In this document: positions 56,539 to 64,000 of the stretch, piece after piece
Numbering within the stretch: the first letter of the stretch is position 1
Layout: the number at the start of each line of letters is the position of its first letter
Assembly: GCA_938003965.1 (NCBI GenBank)
Contig: CALKXI010000026.1
Coordinates: forward strand, 3,963-67,962
Source: an uncultured Chlorobiales bacterium
GTDB taxonomy: Bacteria; Bacteroidota; Chlorobiia; Chlorobiales; Thermochlorobacteraceae
Direction of reading: 5' to 3'
DNA length: 64,000 nucleotides
Made by a program: the position numbers and the translations under genes
Notes under the pieces: model-generated
Database searches by the model: none
What the model saw: only the letters and a program-made list of their open reading frames with translations
What the model was told of the DNA's origin: nothing

Positions 56539-56562
56539 CATCGTCTTGCTCATGTTTTTCGT

Positions 56563-56907
56563 TCAGTTGAACGAAGCGACGGCTTGGTCAATGTCGTCAA
56601 AAGTTTTGAAAAGCTGGTTGAGTTTCGTAATAGCAAGCAAGCTCTTGATGCGCTCTGCGGGGTTTGCGAGTGCGAGCGTTCCGCCTGCGTTCTTTACGGT
56701 CGTGAGCATTGAAGTCATCATTCCCAACCCTGATGAGTTCATATACTCGACTTTAACAAGGTCAATCACGATATTTTTTTTGCCTTGATTGAGCAGGTCA
56801 CGCAGTTTGCTGTGCAGCTCGTTGGCGTCTGGTCCGCCAAGCACATCGCCATTGAGTTCAATCACGGTTACCGAGCCGAGTTGTTTTTCGCCGAAGGTCA
56901 TACTCAA
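56563..56907 (-). CDS. STAS-domain anti-sigma-factor antagonist-like protein
   Basis: VTVIELNGDVLGG.....L...L..L...G...IVIDL..VEYMNSSGLGMM is the SpoIIAA/RsbV-like pattern, with a conserved Ser in NSSG. Confidence 0.85.
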   Translation of the reverse strand: MSMTFGEKQLGSVTVIELNGDVLGGPDANELHSKLRDLLNQGKKNIVIDLVKVEYMNSSGLGMMTSMLTTVKNAGGTLALANPAERIKSLLAITKLNQLFKTFDDIDQAVASFN

Positions 56908-56943
56908 ATCGTTTGACGAATCGTTTGATGCTGTGTCTCTAAT

Positions 56944-57867
56944 TTAGCCTCTCAACTTGAACTTTCCGCCTGTTTTTTGTTGCCAGTCGAGCACAATTGG
57001 CGCGGCAATGAAAATAGACGAATAAGTTCCGATTAAAATTCCTGCAGCAATTGCAAAGGCAAATCCGCGAATTGTTGGACCGCCAAAAATGAAGAGCACA
57101 ATCACGGTCAGCAGTGTTGTTCCCGAAGTGATAATCGTACGGCTCAGGGTTTCGTTAAGGCTATCGTTGAAGACTTTTTCGTAAGAGTCGCTTTTTCGGA
57201 TTTTCAGATTTTCGCGAATGCGGTCATAAACGACAACCGTATCGGTGATAGAGTAACCCACAATTGTCAAGAATGCGGCAATGATGCTTTGGTCGATTTC
57301 CAGCGTCATTGAGTCAAAAATGCCGCCAAACATGCTGAACAAGCCAGCCACGAACAAGACATCGTGAAAAATGGCAACGACGCCTGCTGTTGCAAATTTG
57401 AACTCGAAGCGGATTCCGACATAGAGCAAAATCATCACTAATGCGCCCAGAAGCGCACTAATTGCCGACCATTTCAAATCGCTTGCAATACTCGGACCAA
57501 CGGCATCGACTTTGATAACTTCGCTTGGGTTGTTTGGGAAGTCGCGCTTCAACAGGCGCTCAATTGCGGTTTGAAGGTCGTTGAGTTCTCCGCTGAAATC
57601 GGTCGTGATGATGATTTCTTGCGCCGAGCCATATTCCTTGATTTGCCCTTTCAACCCTTCGCCGCTCAGGCTTTTGCGCACTTCACCAATGTTAATCGGT
57701 TCTTGAAACTTCACAACGAGTTCCGTTCCGCCTTTGAAGTCAATTCCGAGTTGGAAGCCGCGCACGAGCATTGAGATAAGCCCAATACCGATAATAACTG
57801 AGGAAACGATGTAGCCTGTTTTGCGCAAGCCGACAAAATTAAAATTTGCCTTTTCTAAAAATCTCAT
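56944..57867 (-). CDS. secF: Protein translocase subunit SecF
   Basis: NFVGLRK....S......G......G...GIDF.GGT; C-terminal six-TM domain; adjacent to secD. Confidence 0.93.
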   Translation of the reverse strand: MRFLEKANFNFVGLRKTGYIVSSVIIGIGLISMLVRGFQLGIDFKGGTELVVKFQEPINIGEVRKSLSGEGLKGQIKEYGSAQEIIITTDFSGELNDLQTAIERLLKRDFPNNPSEVIKVDAVGPSIASDLKWSAISALLGALVMILLYVGIRFEFKFATAGVVAIFHDVLFVAGLFSMFGGIFDSMTLEIDQSIIAAFLTIVGYSITDTVVVYDRIRENLKIRKSDSYEKVFNDSLNETLSRTIITSGTTLLTVIVLFIFGGPTIRGFAFAIAAGILIGTYSSIFIAAPIVLDWQQKTGGKFKLRG

Positions 57868-57926
57868 TTGAACTTGAACCGTGAGTATTATTGTTGGATT
57901 TTATTTCTCGTAACCGCTTGACTTTA

Positions 57927-59813
57927 TCAACCGAAACTGGTTTCGGTAACGCTATTGCGCTCAATCATCCAATCGAGGACGACTTTGGTAACAACAATTG
58001 CCGTAAAGAGACTTGCGGCAATGCCAATCATGAGCGTAACGGCAAAGCCGCGAATTGGTCCGATGCCGAAGGTGTAAAGCAGTGCTGCCGCACCGAAAGT
58101 GGTAACATGTGAATCTAAAATCGCCGAGAAGGCTTTATCGTAGCCGAGTTCAATGGCGAGTTTCAAATTTTTCCCCCGCGATGATTCTTCTCTAACGCGC
58201 TCGAAGATGAGCACGTTGGCGTCGACCGCCATACCGATGGTAAGCACAAGCCCTGCAATGCCTGGCAGGGTGAGCGTTGCGCTGAACCCTGCAAGAAAGG
58301 CAATCACGAATAAAATGTTGAAGACAAGCGCCAGGTCGGCAAGAATGCCCGAAGTTCGATAATAAATCAGCATGAAAATTGCGACTACCACAAAGCCAAA
58401 CGTGATAGAAAAGAGTCCTGCACGAATCGAATCTGCGCCGAGCGATGCCCCCACCGTCCGCTCTTCTGAAATTCGAACTGGTGCTGGCAGCGCGCCCGCT
58501 TTCAAAACAATTTCCAAATCCTTGGCTTCTTCAATGCTTCCGATTCCGTTGATGACCGAACTGCCGTTTGGAATTTTAGACTGCACCACTGGCGCCGAGT
58601 AGACGGCTCCGTCAAGGACGATAGCAATCTGTTTTCCAATGTTTGCTCCTGTGGTTCGCGCCCAAACTTTCGTGCCTTCATCGTTCATTTTCATATGCAC
58701 TTCGGGCAGGGATTGGTCGGCGCTGAATGTCGCATTGGCTTCGGTAATTACACTGCCTGTCAATTCTGGCTCTTTTTTGAGCGCATAGAGTCGGTAAAAT
58801 TTCAAGCCGTCGTTTTCACTTACTGGACGCGCATCGAGGGCAAATTCTAAGTCAGAGGGAATGCGCGATTTCACATCAGGACGATTGAGCAGCTGCATGA
58901 CTGTTGTTTTTCCCGCATCGGTTACAAAAAAACCTGCACGCGGATCGATGATGATTTTATCCGTTGTTTCTTCATCAACAGCGAAAAGCGGATTGACAAG
59001 GCGGCGTTGCTCTTTGGTTTTGAGCGAATCGGGAATGGCGCGAATCGAATCCAACTGCGCACGCGCAAGCATTGCGGCTGAATCTACGACGCTGGTGTCG
59101 CCTGCAGGCATTACAGGATAACGCGCTAAATACTCATTGACATCTTGCAAGACTTTGAAGGCAAGCTCTGCGTCGCGCACGAGTTTGAACTCGAGTTTGG
59201 CAGTGCCTTTGAGCAACTTGCGCACGCGCTCTTTGTCGGAAACCCCAGGGAGTTCAACGATAATGCGCCGTCCGCCTTGCGTAACAATCGTAGGCTCGGC
59301 AACGCCGTATTGGTCAACACGATTTCGGATAATTTCTTTGGCGCGGTCAACGGCTTCGATGGCTTCTTTGGAGAGTTTTTCTACGATTTCTTCATCGCTA
59401 TCGCGAATTTCGTAGTAGTAGCGCGAAAGTCGGATTTGTCGCTTTTGAAATTCTTCCGCCAAGAGTTTCGGAATTTCTGTGCTTTCCTTTTTAGCGCGTT
59501 CTCTGACCACCAGCATCACACTATCGAACTGTGCATCACGATTGCGGGCGCGATTTTCCAAAAGTTCAAGCACATCGACTTCCAAAACGACGTGCATTCC
59601 GCCTTGCAAATCAAGTCCTAACTTCAAGCGTTTTTCCTGCGCTTTTTCTATTGATTTGCGATTTTCGCGCACGTAGGCAAGGCTATCTTCAGGCGATGAG
59701 AAGGATTTGAGTTTGGACGTGTGGCTTGCGTCTTGGAAGGTTGGTAGTAAGAACCACGCAGAAAGAAGCGTGAGAAGAACAATTAAAACCAGTTGAAAGC
59801 GATTCTTTTGCAT
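57927..59813 (-). CDS. secD: Protein translocase subunit SecD
   Basis: [15 protein letters not shown]..., a large periplasmic domain and a C-terminal six-TM domain ([30 protein letters not shown]). Confidence 0.95.
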   Translation of the reverse strand: MQKNRFQLVLIVLLTLLSAWFLLPTFQDASHTSKLKSFSSPEDSLAYVRENRKSIEKAQEKRLKLGLDLQGGMHVVLEVDVLELLENRARNRDAQFDSVMLVVRERAKKESTEIPKLLAEEFQKRQIRLSRYYYEIRDSDEEIVEKLSKEAIEAVDRAKEIIRNRVDQYGVAEPTIVTQGGRRIIVELPGVSDKERVRKLLKGTAKLEFKLVRDAELAFKVLQDVNEYLARYPVMPAGDTSVVDSAAMLARAQLDSIRAIPDSLKTKEQRRLVNPLFAVDEETTDKIIIDPRAGFFVTDAGKTTVMQLLNRPDVKSRIPSDLEFALDARPVSENDGLKFYRLYALKKEPELTGSVITEANATFSADQSLPEVHMKMNDEGTKVWARTTGANIGKQIAIVLDGAVYSAPVVQSKIPNGSSVINGIGSIEEAKDLEIVLKAGALPAPVRISEERTVGASLGADSIRAGLFSITFGFVVVAIFMLIYYRTSGILADLALVFNILFVIAFLAGFSATLTLPGIAGLVLTIGMAVDANVLIFERVREESSRGKNLKLAIELGYDKAFSAILDSHVTTFGAAALLYTFGIGPIRGFAVTLMIGIAASLFTAIVVTKVVLDWMIERNSVTETSFG

Positions 59814-59959
59814 TGATAGTTTTCGGAGAAGACCTGCTTCTCGCTGAAATTATGTGAAGTTTAGTTGCTGTTGCAAAAAAGGGTTGCAAATATAAGAAAG
59901 CGCGCTTGCAAAGTCAAAGCATGCTGTTATAGGTTTTCGTTTCATTCATTTTGATTGCC

Positions 59960-60703
59960 ATGACCACGGTTCTCATTACGCGCCCCAAAGCCGATGCCAT
60001 AGCGTTTGCCACCGCTCTTGCGCAGTATGGATTTGGGGCTGAATATTTTCCAACGATTGATATTGTGCCGTTAAGCAATTGGGCGTTGCCGAACCTTGAA
60101 GGCTATGATGGTTTAATCTTCACAAGTGCCAACGCCGTGCACCATTTTTTTACGCCGTTTCTTTCACGTATGCCGAAAGGCTTTGCCACGCTTCGTGCAA
60201 TGAACCACTATGCCGTCGGCATCAAGACTCATCACGCCTTGCAAGAATACGGCATAGATTCGGCACTTTACTCCGACAAAGGTCATGCGGCGGATTTAGC
60301 CGACCTTTTAAGGCAGATAGGCATTTGCGGCAAACGGTTTCTCTTTGTTCGGGGCACACGCTCGCTCGGCACTATTCCAAATGCAATTCAAAAACATGGC
60401 GGCACTTGCGATGAGCTTGTCGTGTATGAAACGCGTCCCTTTTCATCCGAAGCATCGCACGACCTTTGCCTTCTGCTTTCTCGAGAGGACATAACTTGGA
60501 TTTCGTTTTTCAGTCCCTCTGCCGTTCAAGCATTTTTCAACCTATTGCCGAAAGATGCACTTCCTTTGCGCCAACATATTGCCGTGATTGGCAGCACGAC
60601 AAAAGACGCTGCTCTCTCGCTTGGCTTTTCGGTTCGTGCTGTGCCTGAAATTCCAACTGCCGAAGCATTGGCAAAGGCAATTGCGTCGGTTACTTCACCG
60701 TAA
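59960..60703 (+). CDS. hemD: Uroporphyrinogen-III synthase
   Basis: HEM4-like two-lobed pattern (VLITRP......F...L...G......P...I.P......; IFTSANAV..F; AVIGSTT..A....G). The track ORF starts at a TTG at 59951. Confidence 0.7.
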   Translation: MTTVLITRPKADAIAFATALAQYGFGAEYFPTIDIVPLSNWALPNLEGYDGLIFTSANAVHHFFTPFLSRMPKGFATLRAMNHYAVGIKTHHALQEYGIDSALYSDKGHAADLADLLRQIGICGKRFLFVRGTRSLGTIPNAIQKHGGTCDELVVYETRPFSSEASHDLCLLLSREDITWISFFSPSAVQAFFNLLPKDALPLRQHIAVIGSTTKDAALSLGFSVRAVPEIPTAEALAKAIASVTSP

Positions 60704-62981
60704 ATCTTTCTTTCAAAGGCGCTCTTGAATCGCTGCCCACATAGACTTCAAACTCACCTGGTTCCACAACAGGCTTAAAGTTTTTATCGAGCATCGCTAA
60801 TTCTTCCTTGCCAATCTTGAAGGTGATGGTTTTGGCTTCGCCTGCTTTGAGTTCCACTTTTTGAAATCCCTTCAACTCTTTGACGGGGCGCGTAAATGTT
60901 CCAACAACATCTCTCACGTATAGTTGAGCTGTCTCGACGCCGTCGCGCTTGCCTGTGTTTTTCACAGTTACAGTGGCAGTCAGCGTTTCGTTTGTGTTGA
61001 TTTCCTTTTTGGAGAGTTTCAAGTCGCTGTATTCAAAGGTGGTGTAAGAAAGTCCGTAGCCGAAGGGATAGAGTGGCGAATCGGGCAGGTCGATGTAGCG
61101 CGATTTGTATCGGTCAATTTCGTTTTCTGGTTGCGAGGGTCTGCCTGTATTCTTGTGATTGTAATAAATTGGAATTTGCCCCACGCTTCGGGGGAAGGTA
61201 ACCGTTAGTTTTCCTGTTGGGTTCACATCGCCAAAGAGCACATCGCAGATGGCGTTTCCGGCTTCAACGCCGAGATGCCATGCGCAAACAATGGCTGGCA
61301 GATTTTCAGCCGCCCACGAAATTGCCAGCGGTCGACCGTTAGTCATAACCATCACGATTGGCTTTCCGAGTTTGCGAAGTTCTTTGAGCAGTTCTTCTTG
61401 TCCGATTGGCAGTCCAATGTCGGCGCGGCTATGGGCTTCGGCGGTAAGGTCGGCGGTTTCTCCGACAACGGCGATTACCACATCAGCACGCTTGGCTACA
61501 TTGAGGGCTTCGTTTCGGAGCGCTGCCAGTTCGGCTTCGGTGGGCTCTTTGGTTTCGCCTTTTCGTTTCTTCCAAGCAGGCGCAGGCAGTTCGTAGCCTT
61601 TGGCATACAGTACGGTTGCGGTCTTCAAAGTGGCTTGAATTGCCTCAAGCGGTGAGACAACATCATCAGGCATGCCGACCATTTCCCATTCGCCGAGCAT
61701 ATCGCGTTTTGACTGTGCTAATGCGCCCACTACCGCAACCGTTTTCAGCGATTTTGAGAGCGGCAAAAGGTCGTTTTCGTTTTTGAGTAGCACGATAGAT
61801 TTTGCGGCGGCTTCACGCGCGAGCGCACGATGTTCGGCTTTGAGCATCGTTTCTTTCTCACGCGCTTCGTTAATGTATCGGAACGGGTCGTCAAATAAGC
61901 CTAATTTGAACTTCACGCGCAAAATGTTTCGCACGGCTTGGTTGAGCGTCTCTTGGCTCACCTTTTTTTCTCGAACAAGCTTAGCGAGATGTTTTGGATA
62001 CGATTCGCCTTCCATGTCCATATCCACGCCTGCGGTGATGGCTTTTTGTGCCGATTCTTCATAGTCTTTTGCAGCGCCGTGCACAACCACTTCATCAATT
62101 GATTCCCAATCGCTCACAACGAAACCATTGAACTTCCACTCCTTGCGCAGAATGTCGGTCAAGAGATATTTGTTGATAGAAGAAGGAACGCCTGCAATTT
62201 CGTTGAACGAGGTCATAACGGTTTGTGCGCCTGCTTCAACAGCGGCTTTGAATGGCGGAAGATAGACTTCGCGCAATGTGCGTTCTGAAATGTCAGCGGT
62301 GTTGTAATCTCTGCCCCCTTCGGCGGCGCCATAGGCGGCAAAGTGCTTGGCGCAGGCAGCGATGGTGTTGTTTGCACTCAAATCTTCGCCTTGAAATCCG
62401 CGCACGCGTGCAGCGGCAAAGAGCGCGCCAAGATATGGGTCTTCGCCAGCACCTTCAATGATTCTGCCCCAACGCGCATCGCGTGCAATGTCGACCATCG
62501 GCGCAAAGGTCCAGTTGATTCCTGCCGAAGCGGCTTCAGTCGCCGCAACACGAGCAGATTTATAGGCGATTGCCGTATCCCACGAGCACGACTCCGCAAG
62601 CGGAATCGGAAACGTGGTTCGATATCCGTGAATCACATCAAAGCCGAAGATGAGCGGAATTTTCAGCCTCGATTGCATTGCCGCTTCCTGCAACTTGCGC
62701 GCAACTGATGCTTCCGAGACCATCAAAAACGAACCCACTCCCGCTTTCGCTTTGGCTAAATGGTCTTCACTGATAATCGTTTTCTTCGTCTTGACATCAA
62801 ACCACGCTGCTACTTGTGAGACTTGCAGCGCTTTTTCCTCTAAGGTCATCAATGCCAAAACTGAATCAACGCGCCGAGCTATTTCTGCTTCAGCGTCTTT
62901 TTGTTTGGAATGTTTGGTAGGCGAACAGGCAACTGTCATCAATGTTGCCACTGTCAGCAAGAGCGCAGTTGTAACGTTCAT
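60690..62981 (-). CDS. GH3-family beta-glucosidase (BglX-like), lipoprotein
   Basis: Lipoprotein signal (LLLTVATLMTVACS) and GH3 motifs (FGFDVIHGYRT; KHFAAYGA.EGGRDYN; GFVVSDW). Confidence 0.92.
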   Translation of the reverse strand: MNVTTALLLTVATLMTVACSPTKHSKQKDAEAEIARRVDSVLALMTLEEKALQVSQVAAWFDVKTKKTIISEDHLAKAKAGVGSFLMVSEASVARKLQEAAMQSRLKIPLIFGFDVIHGYRTTFPIPLAESCSWDTAIAYKSARVAATEAASAGINWTFAPMVDIARDARWGRIIEGAGEDPYLGALFAAARVRGFQGEDLSANNTIAACAKHFAAYGAAEGGRDYNTADISERTLREVYLPPFKAAVEAGAQTVMTSFNEIAGVPSSINKYLLTDILRKEWKFNGFVVSDWESIDEVVVHGAAKDYEESAQKAITAGVDMDMEGESYPKHLAKLVREKKVSQETLNQAVRNILRVKFKLGLFDDPFRYINEAREKETMLKAEHRALAREAAAKSIVLLKNENDLLPLSKSLKTVAVVGALAQSKRDMLGEWEMVGMPDDVVSPLEAIQATLKTATVLYAKGYELPAPAWKKRKGETKEPTEAELAALRNEALNVAKRADVVIAVVGETADLTAEAHSRADIGLPIGQEELLKELRKLGKPIVMVMTNGRPLAISWAAENLPAIVCAWHLGVEAGNAICDVLFGDVNPTGKLTVTFPRSVGQIPIYYNHKNTGRPSQPENEIDRYKSRYIDLPDSPLYPFGYGLSYTTFEYSDLKLSKKEINTNETLTATVTVKNTGKRDGVETAQLYVRDVVGTFTRPVKELKGFQKVELKAGEAKTITFKIGKEELAMLDKNFKPVVEPGEFEVYVGSDSRAPLKERFTVK

Positions 62982-64000
62982 GAATTTTGCGTTGTTTAGG
63001 TTTATTGTTGGATTTTTTCAGATAGAAGGAACACGGCAATTCTCTGCTTCCCCAATCGGTTAGCATATCGGTCATCGCAAAGTCGAGCATTGCGCCGTTG
63101 GCGATTTCGCTGTGGCGAAGCCATGCGCGTTCAATCGGCACGCCGTTAACTTTGAGCGATTTCACATACACATTTTTTTCGAAGGCGTTCGGCGCATTGA
63201 GGACGAACACGTTCCCGTTTTCAAGTTTCATGACGGCTTTGGTAAAAACAGGACTTCCGACGAAACACCAATTCTGCTGCGTATTTGGGAACAATCTGAG
63301 CGACGCCCACACATACCGCGCCGAACGTGTGCCTGAATCGTCGTTGCCCTTGTCGCCATCAGGCGCGACACGAAAATCTCTTTTGAGCATATCTTTTGTG
63401 AAGGGTTGCACTCTATCGGCTTTGCCTGCATAAATGTATTGCCAAACGGTAAGCATATCAGGCTCGTTCCAAATCGTGAAGCCGCCTTCTTCATCGCGAC
63501 TCGTGAGTATTGTATGCCACTTATCAATGAACTTTTCTTTGCCGCCAAGCAAGGCGATAAGCCGATAACATTATGCGGCACATAGCTCAAGTATTGCCAC
63601 GCCGAGCCTTCGTAGTCATGCACTTCGTAACGCCACGCTTGACCTTCGGGCAAAATCATCGTCGGCTTAAAAGGCTCTGTCCATTTTCCGTCGGAGCGTT
63701 TTGGTCGGAAAAATCTTGTTGTTGTCTCGAAGAGTTCAAAGACTTTTGAAGCGCGCACGAGTGCAAGTTTTGCGGAATCGCCTTTGCCAATCGCGTTGGC
63801 GAGCGCATAAACACCATAATGGTTGTAAGCATATTCGAGCGATTTACTCACAGCCCCCCCTGCTTATCGGCGTAGAGAAATCCTTGTCGCAGATATTCGG
63901 GAAAGCGTCCTTTTTGGGCATTGATGTTTGGCTTATCAATAGTGGTGTCGGTGGCGTTTTGAACACGCTTGTAGGACATCGCGCTGGTGAGTTCAGTCTC
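62890..64000 (-). pseudogene. GH92-family alpha-mannosidase-like gene, interrupted by two single-base frameshifts; 5' end beyond the window
   Basis: Three consecutive minus-strand frames carry GH92-like sequence. Frame 1: ...EYLRQGFLYADKQGG. Frame 2: (A)VSKSLEYAYNHYGV...EGSAWQYLSYVPHNVIGL. Frame 3: IALLGGKEKFIDKW...WNEPDM...GNDDSGTRSARYVW...NGVPIERAWLRHSEI. The shifts are at the C7 run 63854-63860 and near 63560. Confidence 0.75.

Noticed and set aside
1-64000. Searched by eye for CRISPR arrays, IS elements/transposases, integrases, phage genes, rRNA and toxin-antitoxin pairs
   Set aside because: I found none. There are no regularly spaced repeats beyond the short ones reported. No ORF carries DDE, tyrosine- or serine-recombinase or phage structural motifs, and there are no small adjacent ORF pairs with TA-like features.

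Overview
Dense, mostly housekeeping chromosomal window. The gene content points to the Bacteroidota/Chlorobiota/Ignavibacteriota (FCB) group: a Bacteroidota-type RNA polymerase omega, a TonB-dependent receptor with an N-terminal carboxypeptidase-regulatory-like domain, many lipoprotein signal peptides and GH3/GH92 glycosidases. I could not assign the taxon more precisely.

I support about 60 protein-coding genes, one tRNA-Leu(CAG), four hairpin terminators, a few short repeats and two decayed genes. I saw no rRNA, CRISPR array, transposase, integrase, prophage or recognisable defence island.

Recognisable genes include trxB, yicC-gmk-rpoZ, aat, pyrE, serA, coaE, an HtrA-type protease, dnaG, ruvB, dxs, ETF-QO, gpx, hscB, pstS-pstC, ahpC-ahpD, secD-secF, hemD and a GH3 beta-glucosidase.

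No unambiguous new system stands out. The strongest candidates for follow-up are:
1. A CHASE2 adenylate cyclase divergently paired with a cNMP-binding::phosphofructokinase-family fusion whose PFK signature motifs are non-canonical.
2. A six-gene Exb/Tol-type motor cluster. Its TonB-like member has an AgmX/PglI-type C-terminus and it is bracketed by two large TPR proteins, a composition resembling the Agl-Glt core.
3. A J-domain/TM/WD40 protein co-oriented with a coiled-coil PD-(D/E)XK-like protein.

Secondary observations:
- A DnaG whose zinc-ribbon ligands are mostly substituted.
- An orphan AtuA C-terminal-domain protein.
- A pstS-pstC pair without pstA/pstB.
- Two multi-lesion pseudogenes, a TPR gene and a GH92 gene. 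One GH92 lesion lies in a C7 homopolymer.

All calls rest on reading the supplied ORF translations, my own translations and remembered family motifs. No searches were run.
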